Positions 29,540 to 38,968 of a stretch of 64,000 nt of DNA are shown here, piece after piece. The position numbers and the translations under genes are program-made. The stretch spans positions 124,001 through 188,000 of IMG/VR virus record IMGVR_UViG_3300032116_000004, one strand, 5' to 3'. The notes under the pieces were generated by a model, which saw only the letters and a program-made list of their open reading frames with translations, made no database searches and was not told where the DNA came from. The stretch's first letter is position 1, and the number at the start of each line of letters is the position of its first letter.

Positions 29540-29907
29540 AAACCGAAGATCTAGTGCTACTTCCGTTGACTATCTATGGCACACCATCTGGCAACTATGA
29601 TGGCAGTTCCGACACGGACTTTGCAGGCGATCGACAGAAAGCCGTGGCCTATTATCGCAGGGCATCGGGCACACAGAGCGTGCTGTTTGATGTTAACGAT
29701 TTCATAGGTGACATCAAGATCCAGGGTTCGCTGGATGCAGATCCCACGCAGAATGCCGAATGGTTCGACGTCTATACATTCCCCGACGATTCAGCGGCCA
29801 CGTCTGCCACAGTGAGCGTGGCCATCACGGGCAATTTCGCCTGGATGCGAGCCACGGTCACTGGCTTCCTAGGCGGCACTATCAACAGCGTATTGCTCAC
29901 ATACTAA
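29536..29907 (+). CDS. Hypothetical (possibly virion) protein
   Basis: Beta-rich ORF in late operon. Confidence 0.65.
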   Translation: MKTEDLVLLPLTIYGTPSGNYDGSSDTDFAGDRQKAVAYYRRASGTQSVLFDVNDFIGDIKIQGSLDADPTQNAEWFDVYTFPDDSAATSATVSVAITGNFAWMRATVTGFLGGTINSVLLTY

Positions 29908-29910
29908 ATC

Positions 29911-30345
29911 ATGGATCGTATCAAAATTAGCCTGGATGTAATCAATGCCTCTGAATATCATAATATGGGTATAGAATTATGGATAGACCGTGACAAATTT
30001 TTTGATAACACAGTGTCGCCTGGTCGTCATCATGTCATACATGAGTTTGAGTGTGCGGATGGAGATCATTGGTTGAAAATCGTGCTCAAGAACAAGACTC
30101 ATGAAAATACGCACATCGACGAACACGGAAATATTGTCAGCGATGCCCTAATCAATGTCAGCAATGTTTGTTTGGATGAAATCAACATTGACACCATGAT
30201 GCATTCGTTGGCCGACTATGTGCATGATGGCAACAATAGTAAAACCATTGCTGTGCATGATTTCTTTGGAGACCTTGGCTGTAACGGGCATGTGCAAATG
30301 AAATTTTCAGCGCCAGTTTATCTCTGGTTGCTAGAGAACATGTGA
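29911..30345 (+). CDS. Hypothetical protein
   Basis: ORF. Confidence 0.65.
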   Translation: MDRIKISLDVINASEYHNMGIELWIDRDKFFDNTVSPGRHHVIHEFECADGDHWLKIVLKNKTHENTHIDEHGNIVSDALINVSNVCLDEINIDTMMHSLADYVHDGNNSKTIAVHDFFGDLGCNGHVQMKFSAPVYLWLLENM

Positions 30346-30348
30346 TAC

Positions 30349-30356
30349 TATAAATA
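30349..30356 (+). promoter_or_regulatory. T4-type late promoter TATAAATA
   Basis: Full consensus 5 nt before ATG 30362. Confidence 0.75.
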
Positions 30357-30361
30357 CTGGT

Positions 30362-31882
30362 ATGAAAAAATTAGTGATCATACCAGGTGGATTCCACCCT
30401 TATCATGCCGGGCACAAAGCCTTGTATGATGCCGCACGTGAAGCGTTTCCTTCGGCCGAAGTGTATGTGGCGGCCACAGACGATACCACTGGTCGTCCAT
30501 TTCCATTCAAGACCAAGAAGTTCCTGGCACAGCAAGCCGGCATCCCCAGCAACAGATTCATCCAGGTAAAATCACCTTTCAGCGCAGAAGAAATAACCCA
30601 ACATTTTGATCCCAACGAAACACAGTTGATTTTTGTTCGTTCAGACAAAGATCGCGATCAGAATCCTCAGCCAGGCCAGCCTGGACAGATAATCACACGT
30701 GGTCCTCGTAAAGGACTGAGCCCTTATTTACAGCCCTACCGTCGCAACGGTCTCGAACCCATGAAAGATCATGCTTACATGACTTATCTGCCCACTGTGC
30801 AGTTTGGTCCGGGCATGACGTCAGCCACTGAAATCCGTGCCAAATGGCCCGGCATGGATCCCAAACAAAAAGCCGCTCTGGCTGGTGTGCTGTATCCCTT
30901 GGCAGCCGACAATCAAGCAAAGATAGCCAAGATCGTGGAAATACTAGACACAGTGATGGGCGTCGGGAAAGACGTCAATGAGGAACAACTCAATGAACTA
31001 GATCTTTTCAATAAACGCACAGACTATATCAAAATGGGCAATGATCAGTTTATTGACATAGGATATCGTGTGACTGATAGATTTGGTCAGCCAGGCAACC
31101 CTCTGGTCACTAATTCCAAAATTCGCTGGGTGCCACCGCAAGAGGCTGTGACTCTTAAACTCAATGATCGTGTGACTGATGTTAGTCGCAAAATGGATTC
31201 GGACAATGTATTCACTCTTGATTCTAGTCTGATTCCACCAAACGTGAAATCTCAGATAGCACAATGGATCAAGACCCACCCTGCACCAACCACTGAAGCA
31301 GTGCTGGTAAATGATCCAGACGCTGGCCATCAGATCATACCTGACGGTGGCATGGGCACCTGGGACGAGGCCAGCATGGTCAACAATCTCGCCCGTAAGT
31401 TTGCCGACATGGTCAACATGGTCAAAGGCAAAAACTACTCTGGACTGCAATATGCACTTTACAAAGGTGGCGTGGTCAAGAGCTTGGTTGACGCCTTGGC
31501 AGAATACGAGCGTTTCATGCAGAAACAAGGTCGCAGACCCATAGCACGTGGCCGAGAAGTTGACATGAGCCAACTCAATCTCGCAGAAAAAATCCGGATG
31601 AGGATGCCTGTGGAAGAATCTCCCGACTATATCGAAGAAGGTGATGTGGTTCCGTTTCCGCCCTCGGCCACTCCGCCCGAGGGCTATGAGCAAGCCAAAC
31701 AATTGGCCTTCAAAATAGTAGACATAGCCAAAGACGAAAAGATACAGGATCCTGGTCCTATGTTGGCTCCACTGCGCAGAGATCTGCAAATGCTGGGCTG
31801 GCGCATGAGGATGGACAACAGCGGAATGCGCTTGATCCATACCCGTTCAAATTGGAACACCATCATTGACCCAATGAAATAA
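30362..31882 (+). CDS. HxGH nucleotidyltransferase (cytidylyl/NMNAT-like) fused to further modules
   Basis: PGGFHPYHAGH, SATEIR; downstream modules separated by VNEEQLNE, TTE, LAE, VEE, IEE. Confidence 0.75.
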   Translation: MKKLVIIPGGFHPYHAGHKALYDAAREAFPSAEVYVAATDDTTGRPFPFKTKKFLAQQAGIPSNRFIQVKSPFSAEEITQHFDPNETQLIFVRSDKDRDQNPQPGQPGQIITRGPRKGLSPYLQPYRRNGLEPMKDHAYMTYLPTVQFGPGMTSATEIRAKWPGMDPKQKAALAGVLYPLAADNQAKIAKIVEILDTVMGVGKDVNEEQLNELDLFNKRTDYIKMGNDQFIDIGYRVTDRFGQPGNPLVTNSKIRWVPPQEAVTLKLNDRVTDVSRKMDSDNVFTLDSSLIPPNVKSQIAQWIKTHPAPTTEAVLVNDPDAGHQIIPDGGMGTWDEASMVNNLARKFADMVNMVKGKNYSGLQYALYKGGVVKSLVDALAEYERFMQKQGRRPIARGREVDMSQLNLAEKIRMRMPVEESPDYIEEGDVVPFPPSATPPEGYEQAKQLAFKIVDIAKDEKIQDPGPMLAPLRRDLQMLGWRMRMDNSGMRLIHTRSNWNTIIDPMK

Positions 31883-31933
31883 TCGTGCTACAATCGCTAG
31901 ACTAAATATACGCACATTATTTTAGAGGACTCC

Positions 31934-32878
31934 ATGAGCGAACAACAGCAACCACAACCGGGCCAGACCCAGATCCAAGTCAATGTAGATTTCTTGCGCC
32001 AACAGCGTGTGCATCTCTGTATGCCCTGCTATGGTGGCCAGCTCACTGAGTCTACATTCATGAGTTATATCAAATGGTCAAACACATGCCGACAGTTGGG
32101 CTTGGACTGGACTATAGAAACCATGACCAATGAATCATTGATTTCACGTGCTAGAAATACTCTAGTTGCCAAGTTCTTGAACACTCCTGGCAGCACACAC
32201 TTGATGTTCGTGGATGCTGACATTGGTTGGGAACCGTGGCATTTGCTGGTGCTACTAAACGCAGACAAAGACGTCATTGGTGGCTTATACCCAATGAAGA
32301 CCATGCCCGTTAAGTGGGTGGTCAATGGCTTCGAAGGTGCCAAAGAAGAAGGACCCTTACAGGAAGTATCAAAAACAGGCACAGGCTTTATGTTGATCAA
32401 GCGACATGTGTTTGAAAAGCTCGCTCGCCATCCTGCTGTGAAAACTTTCGCCAATGATATCGGCCTGCCCAAAGAACTTGATCCACACATGAAGACCTAC
32501 TTTGACACAGCAGTGCGTGAAAATCGCTACTATTCTGAAGACTGGACGTTCTGTGAAAACTGGCGCGATTTCGGTGGCGAAGTATGGGTAGACAAGCGTG
32601 TGTTGCTCAAGCACACAGGAACCTATGTGTTTGACTATGCTGTGCAACCGGCCTTGTATCAGAGTCTCAAGGAAGAAATGGAACGCAACGGACAGCTACC
32701 AGTGGCACAACCCGTGAATACACCGGTATCTACCACACAGACCAGCGACTACAGCCAGCATGAAAAACTTGCTGTGCCAGCCGCCGACGCTGTGCCCACA
32801 CAACCTGTGCCTGTGCAGGCCAAAGTGGTGGCCAAAACCAAACCTCAAGCAAAAAAGGCCAAAGCACAATCTAAATAA
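31934..32878 (+). CDS. GT-A fold glycosyltransferase-like protein
   Basis: ESLISRARN, LMFVDADIGW (DxD), GTGFMLI, SEDWTFC; TAAATA at 31903. Confidence 0.75.
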   Translation: MSEQQQPQPGQTQIQVNVDFLRQQRVHLCMPCYGGQLTESTFMSYIKWSNTCRQLGLDWTIETMTNESLISRARNTLVAKFLNTPGSTHLMFVDADIGWEPWHLLVLLNADKDVIGGLYPMKTMPVKWVVNGFEGAKEEGPLQEVSKTGTGFMLIKRHVFEKLARHPAVKTFANDIGLPKELDPHMKTYFDTAVRENRYYSEDWTFCENWRDFGGEVWVDKRVLLKHTGTYVFDYAVQPALYQSLKEEMERNGQLPVAQPVNTPVSTTQTSDYSQHEKLAVPAADAVPTQPVPVQAKVVAKTKPQAKKAKAQSK

Positions 32879-32889
32879 ATAGATGTGCC

Positions 32890-35800
32890 ATGGACATCAA
32901 TGAATTAGACAGTTACCGCCTGTCGGACGCGGTAAAGTTTCACACTGAATTAAACCCTGCACTCTGGGACGGCGATCGCATGCGTCCCGAAGTGCGTGAG
33001 GCCCTGATCAAAATCGCCGATGATTTCCGCGAATTCCTGGGCATCAGTGATCTCGCAGTGGAAGATATCACTGTGAGTGGATCCAATGCCGCATACACCT
33101 ATACTCCCCATTCCGACATAGATCTGCATCTCTTAGTAGATTTCAGCAAGCTCAATCCCGACCAAGTATATCAAGAGCTGTTCAACGCAAAGAAATATCA
33201 ATACAACGATCAACACGATATAAAAATCAGAGGCTATGACGTCGAGCTCTATGTGCAAGACGCAGGCAAGCCTGTTCGCAGCCTTGGTGAGTATTCCATC
33301 GTGCGTGACGACTGGACTCGTATTCCCGTGCGACGCCAAGGCAATCTCGACGAAAAATCAACCCAAGCAAAATACGAAAAACTCAGAGACCTGATTGAGC
33401 TTGCACTGACCAGCGATGATCTCCAAACAGTCACCAATCTCACTGACGTGATAAAACGATATCGGCAGGCCGGATTGGATGAACATGGCGAGTTCGGACC
33501 TGAGAATCTGGCCTACAAGATCCTGCGCACACAGGGCTTGGTCAAGCGATTGTTTGATCATCGTGCCAGCCTAGAAGATTCAAAACTGAGCCTGGCTGAG
33601 CGCCGAAAGAAAAAGAAAAAATCCAAAAAGAAATTCCGTTACGGTTCTTTTGGTGGATACTATTATCCAGGCTATGGTTATTATGGTCAGACCGGCGACG
33701 CCGAAGCCGCAGACGGTGGTGGTGATGGGGGCGGAGAAAGTGTGCGCGAAGACACAGAGATCAAAGTCCAAGCCAAGAGCATACCCATAGACAAAGTGGT
33801 GCGACGCTTCGTGCATTTTGCCGCGCACTATCTCAAACTAGATCAACTGCCTCGCATCATCTTGCAAGGTGAAAAATTTACCAAGCACATCCATTCAATG
33901 GGCCATTATGTAGATGACAAGAAAATGATCGAGGTGGCCACGCACGGTCGCCACATCATGGACATCCTGCGCACCGTGGCACATGAACTCACACATTACA
34001 AACAGCATGAACGCTTGGGCCGAGACATGCCTGACACAGCGGGTCGCACTGGCAGTCCCTACGAAAATGAAGCCAATGCCAAGGCCGGCATAATTATGCG
34101 CCATTTCCAAAATCGTTATCCAGAATTCTTTGGCGCAGAAACAGTGGAAGAACAACTCACGGAGTTTTCACCCGCACAGTCTGGTGCTACCGGTGAAGAC
34201 GATGACATCGAAGCACACTATGGTGATCAGACTCCACCAGGACCAGAATTCCCTCCTACCATGCCCGCAGGCACTGTGAGGGTAGATGTGAGCGATGTGT
34301 ATGACTGGTATAAACTGGGACAGCATATCTCCAACATGAAAGGCTTGGGCAAGCATGACTTTGGTGCAGGTCCGCCCAGTTCCATAATCTCGTTTGGCGA
34401 TGAAGAAACTGAACATAAGTTTATCAAAGATCTTGAAGCCACGGGCCTAGATGTCACTGACATCGATCCCAAGGATCCCCGGCAACCCGCTGGCATGCGA
34501 AAAGTCAAGACCGATCCTACCTACAATGTAGACGAGGGTCTAGGAAAAACACTGGCCACTGGTGCCTTGGCAGCCGCTGCCGCACTGGGACAGCCAGCAC
34601 AGGCACAGGATGTGGGGCGCACGGCCTATCAGATAGGCAAGCAGATATATCAACCCTCGGGCATATTCACCCGTGCAGGTGCTGAAGAAGAACTCAAGGG
34701 CATAGCCCGAGACATGGCACGTGGCAGCAGAGAAATACGTGTGGGTGGCAAGTTGATCTATGGTGGCCCTAGACCGCAAGGTGAGCGTGTTGCGTCAAAC
34801 GCCGCGGCTGCATCAGCAGAAGAAGCCTATCGACAGGCCCTGGAAAATGCCATCAACCGCGCACAACAACAGCATGGTCCTATCACACTGGGCCCCGGCG
34901 GTTGGAAAGTTGTGGATTATGAAGCCGACCAGATGGGCAACACATTCCGTGCCATGGTGGCCATAGAAGGTCCTGCACCGCGCAGAGAATCCATACAGAC
35001 GCCTGTGAGTCGCAGCCAAAAGGATCGCGAAGATTACTACAAGTTTGTCATGGGCAAGGCCACGACAGGTCGTCCTTTGACACGCTCGGAACAAGAATTC
35101 ATCAAGACCTATCGTCTACAACAGAAAATACAAGGTAAAGTGGCCGAAGATGCCGCAGGATACATCCCCACCAAGAAGCAGGCCCGAGATCCACGTTTCA
35201 AAACAGCACTCACAGTGGACATCCGACCTGGACAGGTAGGCAAGGAAGCCAACAAGTTGGGATTGCAGACCGACAGCCAAGGACGTCCTGCACTGTTGAT
35301 CAAGAACTTGGCCAATGCCTTGAAGGAATACAAAGAGACTGGAGTGTTTGAAGCAGTCAATCCCGTGACTCCTGCCGTGCCAGACCCACGACAAAAAATA
35401 GATCCATATCAAGGGCAGGCCCAGAAACGACAAAGACCACAAGACCGACCAAAGAAAAAAACACCATCGAGCACTGGCAATCCAAGATTCGTCAATATCG
35501 AAGTCAAAGAAGACGAAGATCTCATGGAAGTCAAGATGTCGCCCGGGGCCTTGGAAGCCTGGGCACGATCACCTGAAGCCGAAGGTATACGTGCTGGCTT
35601 TGAAGCAGAAATGATCTTCCGTGATACCCGCCGTGACGAAGATGAAGACTACGATCAAGAACCTGACTACGACTACGATGAGCGGCCCGATGACATCGAC
35701 CATGTCATAGACTTCTTCTCCAATGATGACTATGGCTATGGTTTGAGTCGCCAAGGCGCCAGGAATCTACGAGAAAGCCTGTGGGAAGCCTATACGGAAT

Positions 35801-37989
35801 GGGTGGATGAACAGATCAGCGAGAGTTGGGACGAGAATGCCGAAGATCAAGTGCGTGACTACATGGAGACCAACGTCTGGGACGATGACTCAGAACGCGA
35901 AAGCCGTATCCAAGACAAGGTCGAGGAAATGTTTGGTGACGAGGCAGTGCCCGCTATAATGAAAGCCGGCGACAGCGCACCAAGATTCACCCGGAGTTCA
36001 GATCAAGATGAATATGCACAATCCAACGAATTATACCAAAAATTCAAGCAAGCATCCGATGCGGCCTACGAAGCATTCGAAGAAGAAATAACCAATGAGT
36101 TTGAAAGCCAAGGCGAATATTACGATGCGGCTCGCGAATATTATTGGGACATGACGCGAGAAGGCGGCGAGTTTGACGAGCGCGACTTCCTCCGTGACCG
36201 CTATGGTTACATGACTGACATCGCCAACGAAGAAAGCCTTGACTGGCCCTACTGGAGCGGCGGTTCCTCTGGCACTGGCAGCCGTGAGTGGAGCGATATT
36301 GGTGACAGTTTACAGCGTGCCATTGACATGCCAGTGAGAGTGAGTTCAGGCTATCACTCAACCACACGCCGGCCCGGTCTATGGATCATCGAACCCGACG
36401 GCAGCCTAGATCCCGATGATCGTGATGATGAAATGGGCCTGGAGATCGTGTCTCCGCCCTTGCCCTTGCCAGAAACCCTGGAAAAATTAAAACAGGTCAT
36501 TGAGTGGGGTAACTCAGAAGCCGATGCCTACACCAACTCGTCCACCGGCTTGCACATGGGCATCTCTATACCCTATGTGGGCGGTGACGTAGACTATGTC
36601 AAATTGGTGCTGTTCATGGGCGACGAATATGTGTTAGACAAGTTTGGTCGTGCTTCCAACACCTATGCGGCATCGGCCATGGAAAAACTACGCAACAGCA
36701 TGCGAGTGGCACGCCGCCGTGGCACCTTGACTGAAGCCCGATTTGATCCCATGGGTGCGCTAGAACTGGTGCAGAAAAATCTCATTGAACTGGCTGCTCG
36801 TTATGTGCAGAACGGTGTGGGAGACAGCAAGTATACTTCCGCACACATCCAGGACGGCTACATCGAGTTCCGTAGCCCTGGTGGTGATTATTTGAGCATG
36901 GAGAGTCGCGGTGAATATGATGACATCCGCAATACCATGTTGCGTTTTGCTCGGGCCATGCAGATCGCAGGCAGCCCCAGCCTGGAACGTCGAGAGTATG
37001 CCAAGAAACTCTATAAACTGATCTCACCTGGTGCACAGGATGACGGTCTCAAGTTATTTTCTCAATTTGCCGCTGGCACCATAACTCCAGAAGAACTCAA
37101 GAAACAGTGGGCCAATGCTGTGCTCCAGAAAGAGATACCCACCACTGGTCAAGAAGAGTGGGAAGTGTATGATCAGCGCAAGTCTGGTCCGGATGGAGTG
37201 ATCGACTCTTTCTATGCTGATGAATATGACACTGCCTATATGAAAGCCCAGGACAAGTATGGCAACACACCCGAATGGCGCAATTTGGACATCCGTAAGA
37301 AACAACCCTGGTATGATGTCAAGGATTCCTACGGTGACATCATACTCACTGTGAGAGCCAGAGATTTTGACAGCGCCAAACAAAAGGTCCAGGCAGAGTA
37401 TGGGGATCGACTCTCCGACGATTGGGAGATATATCGCAGGCCCGATGACACTCCTGAGCCAGAAAAGAAACTGAGTCCACGTGCTCAAGTGGCCAAACGC
37501 CTCAAAGAACCCAAGGTCACACCGGCAGTGGCCGCAGACAATGAGCGAGATCGTGAACAGATACAGGCCCGCATAGGTGAGCCTCAACCCGCAGGCGCAG
37601 TATCAGACGCCGGACACTATCGTGTGATGTGGGATGAGCGCAGGAATGGAACAGTAACCAGTGATTCTTTGAACATTGATGCTGCCAGTGCCGAAGCAGC
37701 CAGACAGAATGTGCTAGATGCGTTGCAAATGCAAGGTCGAGATGTCATACAGATATCTGCACACCCCCAACAGCCACCAGCCTGGCGGCGCAATCGAGAA
37801 CCTGTTGCCACATCAACACAGGGCGAATTCTCAGGACAGTGGCAAGTTCGTAATGCCAATACCGGAGAAGTGGTTTACACATTCAGTGGCATAGGCAACA
37901 GTCAAGGCGATGCCAATCGTGTGGCACAACAATGGGTCCAACGCACTAGATTTGATGATCCTGTAGAAGTCGTTCCAGAGTTGAGATAA
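32890..37989 (+). CDS. 1699-aa multidomain polyprotein: Pol-beta NTase, HExxH peptidase-like, signal-peptide module, amidoligase, others
   Basis: SGSNA..DIDLH..ELYVQD; AHELTH..ENEANA; GFEAEM/EPDGSL/LEIVSP/STGLH/IEFR. Confidence 0.8.
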   Translation: MDINELDSYRLSDAVKFHTELNPALWDGDRMRPEVREALIKIADDFREFLGISDLAVEDITVSGSNAAYTYTPHSDIDLHLLVDFSKLNPDQVYQELFNAKKYQYNDQHDIKIRGYDVELYVQDAGKPVRSLGEYSIVRDDWTRIPVRRQGNLDEKSTQAKYEKLRDLIELALTSDDLQTVTNLTDVIKRYRQAGLDEHGEFGPENLAYKILRTQGLVKRLFDHRASLEDSKLSLAERRKKKKKSKKKFRYGSFGGYYYPGYGYYGQTGDAEAADGGGDGGGESVREDTEIKVQAKSIPIDKVVRRFVHFAAHYLKLDQLPRIILQGEKFTKHIHSMGHYVDDKKMIEVATHGRHIMDILRTVAHELTHYKQHERLGRDMPDTAGRTGSPYENEANAKAGIIMRHFQNRYPEFFGAETVEEQLTEFSPAQSGATGEDDDIEAHYGDQTPPGPEFPPTMPAGTVRVDVSDVYDWYKLGQHISNMKGLGKHDFGAGPPSSIISFGDEETEHKFIKDLEATGLDVTDIDPKDPRQPAGMRKVKTDPTYNVDEGLGKTLATGALAAAAALGQPAQAQDVGRTAYQIGKQIYQPSGIFTRAGAEEELKGIARDMARGSREIRVGGKLIYGGPRPQGERVASNAAAASAEEAYRQALENAINRAQQQHGPITLGPGGWKVVDYEADQMGNTFRAMVAIEGPAPRRESIQTPVSRSQKDREDYYKFVMGKATTGRPLTRSEQEFIKTYRLQQKIQGKVAEDAAGYIPTKKQARDPRFKTALTVDIRPGQVGKEANKLGLQTDSQGRPALLIKNLANALKEYKETGVFEAVNPVTPAVPDPRQKIDPYQGQAQKRQRPQDRPKKKTPSSTGNPRFVNIEVKEDEDLMEVKMSPGALEAWARSPEAEGIRAGFEAEMIFRDTRRDEDEDYDQEPDYDYDERPDDIDHVIDFFSNDDYGYGLSRQGARNLRESLWEAYTEWVDEQISESWDENAEDQVRDYMETNVWDDDSERESRIQDKVEEMFGDEAVPAIMKAGDSAPRFTRSSDQDEYAQSNELYQKFKQASDAAYEAFEEEITNEFESQGEYYDAAREYYWDMTREGGEFDERDFLRDRYGYMTDIANEESLDWPYWSGGSSGTGSREWSDIGDSLQRAIDMPVRVSSGYHSTTRRPGLWIIEPDGSLDPDDRDDEMGLEIVSPPLPLPETLEKLKQVIEWGNSEADAYTNSSTGLHMGISIPYVGGDVDYVKLVLFMGDEYVLDKFGRASNTYAASAMEKLRNSMRVARRRGTLTEARFDPMGALELVQKNLIELAARYVQNGVGDSKYTSAHIQDGYIEFRSPGGDYLSMESRGEYDDIRNTMLRFARAMQIAGSPSLERREYAKKLYKLISPGAQDDGLKLFSQFAAGTITPEELKKQWANAVLQKEIPTTGQEEWEVYDQRKSGPDGVIDSFYADEYDTAYMKAQDKYGNTPEWRNLDIRKKQPWYDVKDSYGDIILTVRARDFDSAKQKVQAEYGDRLSDDWEIYRRPDDTPEPEKKLSPRAQVAKRLKEPKVTPAVAADNERDREQIQARIGEPQPAGAVSDAGHYRVMWDERRNGTVTSDSLNIDAASAEAARQNVLDALQMQGRDVIQISAHPQQPPAWRRNREPVATSTQGEFSGQWQVRNANTGEVVYTFSGIGNSQGDANRVAQQWVQRTRFDDPVEVVPELR

Positions 37990-38573
37990 TGCGATCTCAG
38001 GAATTTATCTCAGAAGTAAACTTTCCCGATGAGTTATCAGTGAGCGACCGCATACAAAACTATTTTTTTGATCGCGGCTATCAGTTGGCCGGCGAAGGAC
38101 GCGATCAGATAGCCTTGTTGAGTCCCAGAAACACCATACTCAAAGTCTTGGGCATAGGTGAAGATGAGCGCGAACAGATAGTAAAAAACTACGTGAAATT
38201 TTTCGTCAACAATCAGAACGATCCTTATATTCCCAGGATTTACAACGTGGGTGATTTTGAAGTAGATGGAGAAACATATTTTGTGTATGAGATGGAATAT
38301 CTAGACTATGTGGCCAACGAAGAAGCCACGCTGGACTATCTAGAAAATCTCATGTCAGCAGTGGCACGCGGACGTGATCGTGTGCAGGAGTTCATGAAGA
38401 ACAATCCTGCTCCTAAAGAACTGGATCGTGATGACATCGTGGGTTTAGTAAATACTACGCTGAAATTAGAACAAGCCTTGGGCGGCCAGGCACCATTGGA
38501 TCTCAGCCAGATAGAGAACCTTCGCCGCCGCAGTGATGGACATCTAGTGATAATGGACCCCTACAGCCTATGA
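37989..38573 (+). CDS. Protein-kinase-like protein with MRxxEF leader
   Basis: AGEGRD, ILKV, IPRIY, MEYL, DLSQIEN, VIMDP. Confidence 0.55.
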   Translation: MRSQEFISEVNFPDELSVSDRIQNYFFDRGYQLAGEGRDQIALLSPRNTILKVLGIGEDEREQIVKNYVKFFVNNQNDPYIPRIYNVGDFEVDGETYFVYEMEYLDYVANEEATLDYLENLMSAVARGRDRVQEFMKNNPAPKELDRDDIVGLVNTTLKLEQALGGQAPLDLSQIENLRRRSDGHLVIMDPYSL

Positions 38574-38968
38574 GAGCACAAGAATTATTAGTCGAAATCA
38601 CTCGCAGAGACTTCTTGCGTGGTGCAGGTGCCGTGGCTGGCTCTGCGGCATTGGGATCGGCACAGGCTCAATCCGATCGGAACATCACCAAGATTATCAA
38701 CTCGGCTGCCATGTTGTGGGTGATATGTAAAAAACACTATCCCAACAACCCCAACACCCGAGAACTAGAAGAAACAGTCAAACGGCTTTGGAAAAGTAAA
38801 AGCGACAATGCTGTGGCATTTAATGAAGAATACACAGCAATGAAAGAAAGATTGGCAGATTGGGAAGCCCGAGATCCTGCCGGCTATGCCAACTTTGTCA
38901 ACCGATATATGATGAACTTTGCCAAGATTAAAGCCAACTTGGAAACATTACCAGAGATGATGATATGA
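38570..38968 (+). CDS. Leader + twin-arginine signal protein
   Basis: MRAQELLVE then ITRRDFLRGAGAVAGSAALGSAQA. Confidence 0.75.
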   Translation: MRAQELLVEITRRDFLRGAGAVAGSAALGSAQAQSDRNITKIINSAAMLWVICKKHYPNNPNTRELEETVKRLWKSKSDNAVAFNEEYTAMKERLADWEARDPAGYANFVNRYMMNFAKIKANLETLPEMMI

